DNA from: Candidatus Dojkabacteria bacterium
GTDB taxonomy: Bacteria; Patescibacteriota; Dojkabacteria; SC72
Assembly (NCBI GenBank): GCA_012842045.1
Contig: DUTP01000003.1
Span: 2,532-66,531, forward strand
Reading direction: 5' to 3'
DNA length: 64,000 bases
The stretch's first letter is position 1. Each line of letters opens with the position of its first letter. A program made the position numbers and the translations under genes. The notes under the pieces are model-generated. The model did no database searches. It had not been told where the DNA came from and saw only the letters and a program-made list of their open reading frames with translations. Below are positions 9,067 to 18,098 of this stretch, one piece after another.

Positions 9067-10077
9067 TTAAATCTTGTATATCAAGTACTCAGCTGTCTCT
9101 TGAAGAGGACCGTACATAATCATTCTGTACAGGTTACTATCCTGAAGGTTCAACATATAGTAACGAACGATACTTGATCCCATTATCTCTTGCTTAATAT
9201 ATACAATGTCTAATCCCTGTCCATATTCATATGTACCACCCTTAGGATTACTCATAGCTCCAACTACCTTAACAACAGATCCATAAGTTCCTCCTAATGT
9301 ATGCTTTGGATTCATTACATCTTTAAGAAGCATGTAGTTTGATGGAGGAGTAGTTTCAGATGTACTTACTTCCCAATCCTCGTTTGGACGTTTAGAATAT
9401 ATTGTATATCGTGTTGGATATGTAGCATCCTGAACATCTTTTAAGATATATTCTTCTCTTGGCTTCTCACATGTATATGCTCCATTTTCTTCTAATGTAG
9501 CAATTTTACAACTCTGTTGTTTTCTTTCAGCTATCAAACCTTGGAAAATGAATGTCTCATTTGTACCGTGATATGATCCAAATTTATCTATACTTATGAT
9601 ACTATTTTGCATCTTATACTCTCCAATATTTTCCATATTCCTTATTGCCTGATCAAAGAACTGAACGAATTCTTTAATCCTATCATCAGGAATCTTCTGG
9701 CTAGGTTGTAGAGGGAATTTAAACTCTTCATCTTGTGCTAGTACCCAGTTATATACTGGTTTTATATCAGATTGTTTTTTGGAAGTATCAGTGGCTTTTG
9801 TAGTAGTGGTAGATTCAGTTTTCTCTGTAGGTATCTCCAAATCTTTTGTATCACTTAAAACTATTTCTGGTTCAGGAGCTATATCAGAAGCATCTACAAA
9901 GTCCTTGAGCTCTACAGTAGCAGCGATTTGCTGTTCTTTCTCCTTCTTCTCTGTTGGCTCAGAGGTGAGATTAATCTGATTGTTTTTGTAGAGATAAACA
10001 AAGAGTCCAGAGACTCCGATAAGGAGGAATAGTAGAACAATACTTACTATTCTCCAAATGTTGGGTTTGTTTTCCAT
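9067..10077 (-). CDS. Hypothetical membrane-anchored protein with Thr-rich linker
   Basis: 336-aa ORF with N-terminal TM helix. Confidence 0.7.
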   Translation of the reverse strand: MENKPNIWRIVSIVLLFLLIGVSGLFVYLYKNNQINLTSEPTEKKEKEQQIAATVELKDFVDASDIAPEPEIVLSDTKDLEIPTEKTESTTTTKATDTSKKQSDIKPVYNWVLAQDEEFKFPLQPSQKIPDDRIKEFVQFFDQAIRNMENIGEYKMQNSIISIDKFGSYHGTNETFIFQGLIAERKQQSCKIATLEENGAYTCEKPREEYILKDVQDATYPTRYTIYSKRPNEDWEVSTSETTPPSNYMLLKDVMNPKHTLGGTYGSVVKVVGAMSNPKGGTYEYGQGLDIVYIKQEIMGSSIVRYYMLNLQDSNLYRMIMYGPLQETAEYLIYKI

Positions 10078-10221
10078 ATATTACTCTTTAAAATTATATT
10101 TATACTAACCATAGTATATTAGGTAATGTTGAAAGTCAATTAGTTATGTTAGATAAAAATTGGTGATATTTAATATAATCACTGTACTGCAAACTCGTTT
10201 GTTATAGGGTATAATCATAGT

Positions 10222-11460
10222 ATGAAAGGTGAATTTCTTGACAGTGAAAACAATGAAGTAGAGAAGAATGGTGAAGGCAGTAGATTATCTGTATCTCAAT
10301 TTGAGAGTCTCATACCTGTTTTCGATGAATGTAAAAAGTTTGACAGTGAATTAGAAGTTTTACAACACTTAAAGAAAAAGGAAGTAGAAGAACTTGATAT
10401 TGAAGAGGTTAGAGATAATGCAAGAGCTTCAATACGTGGGACACAAATACACCAATTACAATATTTCTATCAACTCTTCTCCAGAGTGGAGAAATTAGGA
10501 AGAAAAATTACACTGGAGGATTTTAGTAGGACATTTCCAAACAAAGATAATTTATTTAAAGATAATCTGTATTACAATGCCCTATATACCATCTATAATC
10601 TAGTAGATAACACAGAGGATCCGTTAGAATTTTGGGAAGCTTGGAGATTAAATGGACATGATTTTACCCTACCAGAAGGTATTACAGCGTTAATACCTCC
10701 AGAGGAGATTAAAGAGATGTGGGAGAGAAGTGCAGTTACAAAGGATGATATCGATAAATTTAGTCAAAATGTCTGGAAGATAGATAGGGAGAAACTAGAT
10801 CCAGATAAAGCCCTACTTGTTAATGAAGCAATGTTTGTAACGAATACCTATTTAAAAAATGGTAATCTACAAGTACCTACCATGGTAGATGAACTTGTTG
10901 TTCCAAAAGAATTTCCTAATAAACCAATACAGTTAATTGATTACAAAACAGGTAAACAATTTAAAGAACCTAGTGATATAGATAAGTTACAGATATTCTT
11001 AATGATGACCTCTGTTTTGACAAATATATATTTCAAGGTTGAAGATATACAATGGAATCAAAGTATGTGGGAGATAGCACATGATAGTTTAAGATTACCA
11101 TTTATTCCCCCAAGAAAATATTTCAATGCCATTGCTATTGGGAAGATTACAGAGGAAGATATTTTCATGGAGAGTGATTTCTTTAGGAAATTAATATTTT
11201 TTAAGTATGTAAATCCTCTCACTCAGGAAAGTATTGAGGTTAATGCAAAGGATTTAGGTATTCATAGGGATGAGGGTATAGGTGATTTTCTAGCATCTCT
11301 TGATGATTTGAACAAATTCTATACTAAATACAAAAAAATACTCAAACACAAGGTTGGAAGGAGTACATTAGTACAATATTGGATACCAGAGTTAGGATAT
11401 GATGGTTTTAAGAAGGGTAATATCTTAAAGGAACAGATGCAGGCTGGGTTGGGGTTTTAA
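10222..11460 (+). CDS. PD-(D/E)XK nuclease-superfamily (RecB-like) protein
   Basis: VDELVV...IQLIDYKTG...LQ motif pattern. Confidence 0.55.
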   Translation: MKGEFLDSENNEVEKNGEGSRLSVSQFESLIPVFDECKKFDSELEVLQHLKKKEVEELDIEEVRDNARASIRGTQIHQLQYFYQLFSRVEKLGRKITLEDFSRTFPNKDNLFKDNLYYNALYTIYNLVDNTEDPLEFWEAWRLNGHDFTLPEGITALIPPEEIKEMWERSAVTKDDIDKFSQNVWKIDREKLDPDKALLVNEAMFVTNTYLKNGNLQVPTMVDELVVPKEFPNKPIQLIDYKTGKQFKEPSDIDKLQIFLMMTSVLTNIYFKVEDIQWNQSMWEIAHDSLRLPFIPPRKYFNAIAIGKITEEDIFMESDFFRKLIFFKYVNPLTQESIEVNAKDLGIHRDEGIGDFLASLDDLNKFYTKYKKILKHKVGRSTLVQYWIPELGYDGFKKGNILKEQMQAGLGF

Positions 11461-11496
11461 TCTACTACCTTCGACATAGATGATATAATTAAATAT

Positions 11497-12438
11497 ATGA
11501 TTAAAGATAACTTCAAAACAGCATCAGGACATAATTGGTTATCTGGTGAAAAGGTTAATGTAGAAGAGATAAAGAGATTCTTCATCTCAAAGAAAGTAGA
11601 TGTAAAAGAAATTAATGAAACAGGTAGATTTCTAAATATTATTGGTAATCTTAATACTCAAAAAGTATTTATCAAAGTATCAACCTCAGAAGGATTAAAT
11701 GAAAAACTTCTCAATGAAATATCTTGGCATGATGAATTAAAAAGAGTAGGAATAGATTTTTATATTACACCTCTCTTAGAGAATGGATATATTGATAATA
11801 CGTTGGTATATGCAATATATGAGTTTGTAGAAGGTAATACTTTAGATTCAATGATAGAGAAGATAGATAGTAAGATATTAAAAGATCTAGCTAATATTAA
11901 TATCAGTATTGATAGTATTAAAGATATTAATCTTTTTAAGAATCAACAAGAGAGAGAACATGCAGAGAAAGCAATTACTTCAATTAAGGATAAAGCTGCT
12001 CACTACTTTAAAATAGCAGAGAATTTTGCAAAAGAGAGTGGTGAGGATTTAACAAAGTTACTTGATATTGTTAAGAACTATGAGAAGATGGATGAGATGG
12101 GTTTGAATCATAATGATTTTACTCCAAGGAATATATTGTATAGTGATGGTAAATTGATATTAACTGATGGAGAATCTGCTAGTACAACATCTCCTAGATT
12201 CTATGATGTTGCTATTATGTACACCAGACTCTATCTCACATACAGCAGACCTGATTTAGCTGAGGAGTATCTTAATGAATTTATTAAACTTCTTCCTAAA
12301 GATTATCTAGATACTTTTAACTTTGCTTTTAAGACAATGTTAGCTAGTAGAACGATAGGGGGTTTTTGGGAAGCTACAACAGGTGGTGCAGATTTAGAAT
12401 ATTGTAAGATGTTAATGGAAGAAATCTTGAGTATGTAA
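11497..12438 (+). CDS. Aminoglycoside/choline phosphotransferase-like kinase
   Basis: VFIK, HNDFTPRNIL, LTDGE, YDVA motifs. Confidence 0.75.
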   Translation: MIKDNFKTASGHNWLSGEKVNVEEIKRFFISKKVDVKEINETGRFLNIIGNLNTQKVFIKVSTSEGLNEKLLNEISWHDELKRVGIDFYITPLLENGYIDNTLVYAIYEFVEGNTLDSMIEKIDSKILKDLANINISIDSIKDINLFKNQQEREHAEKAITSIKDKAAHYFKIAENFAKESGEDLTKLLDIVKNYEKMDEMGLNHNDFTPRNILYSDGKLILTDGESASTTSPRFYDVAIMYTRLYLTYSRPDLAEEYLNEFIKLLPKDYLDTFNFAFKTMLASRTIGGFWEATTGGADLEYCKMLMEEILSM

Positions 12439-12441
12439 TAT

Positions 12442-12957
12442 CTATTTCTTCTTCCTTAGGTATTCTTTGAAAAGGAGAATTGCAGATAGATTAACAGTAT
12501 CTTCTGGTTTAAGGTTCTCTAAATACTCATCATATGGTTTAAGTACAACCTCAATATCTTCAATTTTAGAACCTTCCTTAAATACACACCCTTCTATTAA
12601 TACTGCATATTTAGGACTTGATATATATGCACCATCAAAAATTTTACCAAGTAATGTAGCTTTCTTTCCTACATATCCTGTTTCTTCAGTAAGTTCTCTC
12701 ATTGCACAATCTACTGCGTCTTCATCATTACTATCTAACCCTCCACCAGGGATATCTAAGAACTCTTTCATTGGACCTGGTCTAAACTCTCTTACAAGAA
12801 TAATCTGGTTGTCTTCTGTTAGTGCAATTATTGACGAAGAGCCATATATACTTCCACTAGTTTCATATTCCCATTGTTTACCATTCTTATCTACAAAAGT
12901 TCTTAGGATGACTTTTCTGTAGTTTTTGTATTTTACTTCTTCTTTTATTAATTTCAT
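12442..12957 (-). CDS. NUDIX hydrolase (ADP-ribose pyrophosphatase-like)
   Basis: Nudix box PGGGLD...AMRELTEETG; start likely MKLIKE. Confidence 0.85.
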   Translation of the reverse strand: MKLIKEEVKYKNYRKVILRTFVDKNGKQWEYETSGSIYGSSSIIALTEDNQIILVREFRPGPMKEFLDIPGGGLDSNDEDAVDCAMRELTEETGYVGKKATLLGKIFDGAYISSPKYAVLIEGCVFKEGSKIEDIEVVLKPYDEYLENLKPEDTVNLSAILLFKEYLRKKK

Positions 12958-12959
12958 TG

Positions 12960-13223
12960 TTATGCTATCTCCCAATGAGATAATTTCTTATCTCTAAGTA
13001 CAATTAAAAATTGTTTATCAACATACTTCTCTTTTGTTTTATCATAATGATGAGCAAATACTTCATCTTCTGTTAATTCAGAAAGATGTCTTTTTGATAA
13101 ATCTTTATACTCTATACTAGCTCTTCCTAAGTAATATTGATTTTCCCAAAGAGCAATGAACCAATGATCTGTTTCAAAGAGAATTATTTGATTAGGGTAT
13201 GTGGGGTGTGTTTTGTAATTCAT
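12960..13223 (-). pseudogene. HIT-family protein with apparent internal in-frame deletion
   Basis: N-terminus ILFETDHW...QYYLGR...KRH..LSEL is HIT-like, but no HxHxH triad and only 87 aa. Confidence 0.5.
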
Positions 13224-14023
13224 AGTTCCTTCTTAAATATAATAACCCCTTCCTCTTCTTTCAAAACACCTCCCTTATCCTCTATGTACTCTAATATTTC
13301 ATTCTGTATATCTATTGGTATAGAAATCCAATCAATATTTAAATAAAACTCTACTAATGCTATTACTTCATCAAAGTTTTCTTCATATGGGAATCTAAGT
13401 TCTGATTCATTAAGTATTAATTCTGTATTACCTGATTGTTCTTTTAATATACCCAAAGCTTTGTTATAACTTCTTGGCTTCCAATCTTCAGGATATCTAC
13501 TAGGAACTAACATACTCTTAAATCTTTTCTTGAAATCTGTTACTTCATCTATACCTCTCTCTATCCATATTAAAGTACCTGAATCTTCTAAGAGTGAGAT
13601 AAGTTGTGATAGGAATATTGAATATTCATCTTCAGGAAAATGATATAGGTGTGATGCAAGAATAATATCAAATTTATTTTTGTTCTCTGCATGAAAATCT
13701 TCAAAAGTTTCATTTATAGCCTTACAATTACTGTATTGTTGTATATTTGTCTTTAGTGTTTTGAATAGATCCTTTGCTGGTTCTAAGAATGTAATTTCAA
13801 AATTATTTTCTTCAGGAAGAGATTGTAGAAGATATGATCCATCTCCAGAACCCACATCTAGAATTCTGTTCTGATTGTTCTTAAATCTAGAGAGTATTTT
13901 TTGAAGTTGTATCGTTGATGTATCTTTTTGAGTTGAGTATTTAAGATATATTTCATAGGGGATTAGTGTATTAGCTTTCTGTGTATATTGATGGTTAAGA
14001 GTAGATAGTTGTGGTTTCTTCAT
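13220..14023 (-). CDS. Class I SAM-dependent methyltransferase
   Basis: ILDVGSGDG, FDIILASHLYH. Confidence 0.85.
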   Translation of the reverse strand: MKKPQLSTLNHQYTQKANTLIPYEIYLKYSTQKDTSTIQLQKILSRFKNNQNRILDVGSGDGSYLLQSLPEENNFEITFLEPAKDLFKTLKTNIQQYSNCKAINETFEDFHAENKNKFDIILASHLYHFPEDEYSIFLSQLISLLEDSGTLIWIERGIDEVTDFKKRFKSMLVPSRYPEDWKPRSYNKALGILKEQSGNTELILNESELRFPYEENFDEVIALVEFYLNIDWISIPIDIQNEILEYIEDKGGVLKEEEGVIIFKKEL

Positions 14024-14129
14024 TACATTGTAATGGTATAGGAAATTAGCTTAGATAGCAATTCTTTTTTGAGATATGTTGAAAATGTTGGTACATATAC
14101 GTTTTAGAAACAAAATGATATAATTACCT

Positions 14130-14780
14130 ATGGATAAGAGAGAAATAGCAATACTAAGCTATGAACATGATGCTTCTAGGGAGCCATATAGTTTAGAAGC
14201 ATTAGGAGAGGATTTTGAAATAGATGTCCCTCCTGAGAATGTTCTGATGGCTCTATCAGCACATCATGAAGCTCGGAAATTAATAGAGGAGGGTATAGGA
14301 GCATCAATTCTAACTGTTGGTGGGGCTGCAGCTTCAAATAAAAGAATAGTTGAAAGAATTAATGACATTACTCATTGTGAAGTTCCAGTTGAAGCAGATG
14401 ATTCTTCATACAGTCTTGCTTCAAATATAGAATCTCTTAAAGAGTACAAAAACCCATTTATTATAATATGCCAAAAGTTTGCTAAGTTAAGAACATATAT
14501 TCATAGTAAATATCATCTCGGGGGAGGTAATTTTGAAGTAAAGGATTGGGAAACATACTTAGAGAATCATCAGATGAGTAATTTTGAAAATAATCTAGTG
14601 GAGGAATTGAGTCAAATAAAACACATACCTTTACAAAGAAAACTAGTGGAAGGTATTCTTACTGTTTTAGCATACTTAGATCCAAAAGATGGTTTTACTT
14701 CAACTGTTGCTTTACTGAGGCAAAAATACAGAGAGCAAAATCCTAAAGATAACTTTTTTAACAAAATAGGTCTTAGTTAG
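14130..14780 (+). CDS. Hypothetical protein, weak YdcF/DUF218-like pattern
   Basis: 216-aa ORF; TVGG...S.SL.SN...IIC.KF..LR pattern only loosely matches. Confidence 0.55.
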   Translation: MDKREIAILSYEHDASREPYSLEALGEDFEIDVPPENVLMALSAHHEARKLIEEGIGASILTVGGAAASNKRIVERINDITHCEVPVEADDSSYSLASNIESLKEYKNPFIIICQKFAKLRTYIHSKYHLGGGNFEVKDWETYLENHQMSNFENNLVEELSQIKHIPLQRKLVEGILTVLAYLDPKDGFTSTVALLRQKYREQNPKDNFFNKIGLS

Positions 14781-14787
14781 AGAGACA

Positions 14788-14861
14788 CGGAATGGACGGG
14801 GGTCGAACCCGCAACCTTCGCAGTGACAGTGCGATGCTCTAACCAATTGAGCTACCACTCC
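14788..14861 (-). tRNA. tRNA-Asp(GTC)
   Basis: Acceptor GGAGTGG/CCATTCC, anticodon arm TCGCA-CTGTCAC-TGCGA, GGTTCGA T-loop; no encoded CCA. Confidence 0.95.
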
Positions 14862-14905
14862 ATATAGGTAGTAGAGAGTATATCAAAAGTGCTAGATAAT
14901 AACAA

Positions 14906-15526
14906 TTAGTTTGTATCATCAGACTCCATATAATCTTTCACAGGATCGACATCTTCATGTTTGATATTTCTATCACCAATTCTTCGTTTTGCATCTCTCA
15001 ATGCATCATAATTACGACTACCCATACCATCAGGCATGTAGTAGAAATTAAAGTTTTCTTCTTCTAAGCAAACAGGAACTATCATTTCGGATACAGAAAC
15101 CTTATTTGGATCTCCTTCTTTTCCATCAATTAATTTCTGAACTTTCTGAACGGTTCCTTCAAACACATTGTATATATTATTTAGATCTTCCATTTGCATG
15201 GATTGAAGCAGAAGTTCACGACGCATCTGTTCAAACTGTTTGTCAGTTTCACTCTTATGCTTTGTACGTGGCTTTAACAAGAGGAATAGGTGTTTACTCT
15301 CCTCATCGCTACTGCCTATCATAATGCAATATTCAGGATTTGTCTGTTTCTCCAACCATATTCTCTTGTTATCATCTAGAGGTATTTCTACCATGGCTTC
15401 ATTAAAGTTGTTCTCTATCCTTTGAGTTTCTGCCTCATACTTCCTTTGTTTCTCTACTGGTGAAGGTGGTGGAGGGAAAAGTGGAGCATAATCAGGGTCA
15501 TTATCATTTAATCTCTCTTCTATCAT
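14906..15526 (-). CDS. Hypothetical protein
   Basis: 206-aa ORF. Confidence 0.6.
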   Translation of the reverse strand: MIEERLNDNDPDYAPLFPPPPSPVEKQRKYEAETQRIENNFNEAMVEIPLDDNKRIWLEKQTNPEYCIMIGSSDEESKHLFLLLKPRTKHKSETDKQFEQMRRELLLQSMQMEDLNNIYNVFEGTVQKVQKLIDGKEGDPNKVSVSEMIVPVCLEEENFNFYYMPDGMGSRNYDALRDAKRRIGDRNIKHEDVDPVKDYMESDDTN

Positions 15527-15547
15527 TATTATTAAAAATAAATTTAA

Positions 15548-15868
15548 TTAAATATGTTTTTGTATAGCTGCTCTATAAGATTCTTTTGCTTGAGCACCAA
15601 TTAATGTTTCTACTATTTCACCATTCTTAAAGATATGTATGCATGGAATACTCATAATTTCATACTCTTGTGCTAGCTCGCCCTGTTCATCAACATTAAC
15701 CTTACAAATCTTAACACCATCAAATTCACCAACTAAATCATCGATAATAGGACCAAGCATCTGACAAGGACCACACCAAGGAGCCCAGAAATCAACTAAT
15801 GCAACTCCCTCAAAATCTTTTACTTCTTTTTGAAATGTATCTTGTGTTAAATGTAATACTTCTTTCAT
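15548..15868 (-). CDS. trxA: Thioredoxin
   Basis: DFWAPWCGPC. Confidence 0.95.
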   Translation of the reverse strand: MKEVLHLTQDTFQKEVKDFEGVALVDFWAPWCGPCQMLGPIIDDLVGEFDGVKICKVNVDEQGELAQEYEIMSIPCIHIFKNGEIVETLIGAQAKESYRAAIQKHI

Positions 15869-15946
15869 ATATTAAATTTCTAACAATTTAAAAAGACTGG
15901 GAATATAGGCTTTTTACGATATTCCTAGTATAATATACATTATACC

Positions 15947-17035
15947 ATGAATAGAATTGATATAAAAAATAAAAAGGAAGAAGCAATTAAAAAAGCCATT
16001 GAAGTTTTAAAAAATGGTGGTTTAATTGTATATCCAACAGAGACATGTTATGGATTAGGTGGTGATGCAACAAACCCAGAAGCTCTTAAGAAGATTATGC
16101 AGTACAAAAAGCTCAGGGGTTCTAAACCAATATCAATTGCAGTATCAGATAAAGAGATGGCTGAAGAATACGTAGAGCTTAATGAAATGGCTGAGAATCT
16201 TTACAAAAACTATCTACCAGGACCAATTACAGTAGTATCAATGAGTAAAGGTAATCTTGTTCCACCAGTAGTATCCCAACAAGGAGCAGTAGGTATTAGA
16301 TATCCAGACTATAACTTCACTCTAGAATTGATTAAAAAGTTTGGTAAACCAATTACTGCAACATCAGCAAATATGTCATATAGATCAGCACCGTACAGTA
16401 TTGACCAATTGATTAAAGATTTACCTAAGAAAAGTTTAGATTTAATAGATCTCTTTTTAGATGCAGGTGAGTTGCCTAAGAATCAACCATCTACTGTTCT
16501 AGACACTACATTGAACGAGCTTTCGGTATTAAGACAGGGGAAGATAGAGTTTGAGGATGCATTGGTTAAGAACAAGAAGATTTTGGAAGTAGAGACAAAG
16601 AGTGAGGAAGAGACAATTAAGTTTGCTAAAGATTTTGCAGATAAGTATCTTTCTTCAGATATTCCTACTGTTGTTGCACTAAGTGGAGAACTTGGGGCTG
16701 GTAAGACACAGTTTGCTAAGGGTGTTGGAGAGTCTCTTGGTGTTAATGAGATTGTAAATTCTCCAACATATACATTAATCAATGAGTATGGGTATGTGAG
16801 AGGTGGTAAGAAGAGAGTTTTTGCCCATATGGATACTTGGAGGTTAGAGGAGGGTGAGTTAGAGAAGTCTGGATTGATAGAGCATTTGGAGAATGGTGAT
16901 ATTGTGCTGATAGAGTGGGCGGATAAGTTTTTTCAAGAGATTTCTGCTTTGTGTGATAATATGGGTATAAGGATGTTTAAGGTTGTAATTAAATATATCT
17001 CTTTGGAGGAAAGGAGTATTGAGGTATATGAGTAA
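15947..17035 (+). CDS. tsaC-tsaE: Fused TsaC (YrdC/Sua5) - TsaE (YjeE ATPase) t6A biosynthesis protein
   Basis: N-terminal PTETCYGL, K.R...KP, TSAN; C-terminal LSGELGAGKT, VNSPTY, HMD.WRL, IEWA. Confidence 0.9.
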   Translation: MNRIDIKNKKEEAIKKAIEVLKNGGLIVYPTETCYGLGGDATNPEALKKIMQYKKLRGSKPISIAVSDKEMAEEYVELNEMAENLYKNYLPGPITVVSMSKGNLVPPVVSQQGAVGIRYPDYNFTLELIKKFGKPITATSANMSYRSAPYSIDQLIKDLPKKSLDLIDLFLDAGELPKNQPSTVLDTTLNELSVLRQGKIEFEDALVKNKKILEVETKSEEETIKFAKDFADKYLSSDIPTVVALSGELGAGKTQFAKGVGESLGVNEIVNSPTYTLINEYGYVRGGKKRVFAHMDTWRLEEGELEKSGLIEHLENGDIVLIEWADKFFQEISALCDNMGIRMFKVVIKYISLEERSIEVYE

Positions 17036-18092
17036 AGATCCATTGATAATTGCATTTGATACTAGTTGTGATGATACTTCAGTGGCTGTTTTGAGAGGTC
17101 GTAGGGTACTTAGTTCTGTTGTTTCTTCCCAAGTAGAGATTCATGCTCAGTGGGGTGGTGTTGTGCCTGATATTGCTCGTAGGGAGCATGAGAAGAATAT
17201 ACCTTTGGTATATGAAGAAGCATTAAGGAAAGCTAAGGTTAGTATTGAGGATGTAGAGTATGTTGCTTGTACATATGGTCCAGGTTTAGCTATTGATTTA
17301 GAGGTTGGTTTAAAATTTGCACAGGATTTAGCAATTAAGTACAAAAAGCCATTTGTTCCAGTTAATCATATGGAAGGACATCTTCTTTCTGGTTTACTTT
17401 TGAATTCTAATGGTAATGGTTTAGTAAGGAGTAATGTTGAGTCTCTGTTTCCTGCTTTAGGTTTACTGATTTCAGGAAAGCATACTGAGTTGATATATGT
17501 TGAGAAGATTGGGAAATATGTGAAGTTAGGTGAGACATTGGATGATGCTGTTGGTGAGGCGTTTGATAAGGTGGGGAGGATGCTTAATTTTGGTTATCCA
17601 GGTGGTCCTACTCTTACAGAGTTTGCTAAGAAGGGAAAGAGAGGTAAGATTACTTTTACAATCCCTATGAAGCACTCTAACGATCTTAATTTTAGCTATT
17701 CTGGTGTGAAGACGGCTGCTTTGTACAAGACTAAGGAGTTGAGAGAGGAGTATGAGAGGGATAGTGAATGGGTGTATGATTTTTGTAGAGGTTTTCTTGA
17801 TATGATTATTGAATCTTTGGTTATTAAGCTAACAAAGGCTATTGAGAAGTATCCAGAGGTAAAAGGTTTGTTTGTAGGTGGAGGTGTGTTTAATAGTGAG
17901 GAGATATTAAGGAAGGTAGGTCAGGTTGCTAGAAAGAATGGTTTTAAATATGTATATCCTGAGAAGGAGTTTAGGGGTGATAATGCAGGTATGGTAGGTA
18001 TTGCTGCTTACTATGCTATTCTAAACAAGAAAGTCTTGGAGACTCCATCTAAGATTTTGAGTATAGATAGAGAACCAAGACTTTCTCTTTAG
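17028..18092 (+). CDS. tsaD: tRNA threonylcarbamoyltransferase TsaD
   Basis: DTSCDDT, GGVVP, HMEGH, DDAVGEAFDK, DNAGM; start taken at MSKDP. Confidence 0.95.
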   Translation: MSKDPLIIAFDTSCDDTSVAVLRGRRVLSSVVSSQVEIHAQWGGVVPDIARREHEKNIPLVYEEALRKAKVSIEDVEYVACTYGPGLAIDLEVGLKFAQDLAIKYKKPFVPVNHMEGHLLSGLLLNSNGNGLVRSNVESLFPALGLLISGKHTELIYVEKIGKYVKLGETLDDAVGEAFDKVGRMLNFGYPGGPTLTEFAKKGKRGKITFTIPMKHSNDLNFSYSGVKTAALYKTKELREEYERDSEWVYDFCRGFLDMIIESLVIKLTKAIEKYPEVKGLFVGGGVFNSEEILRKVGQVARKNGFKYVYPEKEFRGDNAGMVGIAAYYAILNKKVLETPSKILSIDREPRLSL

Positions 18093-18098
18093 ATTCTT

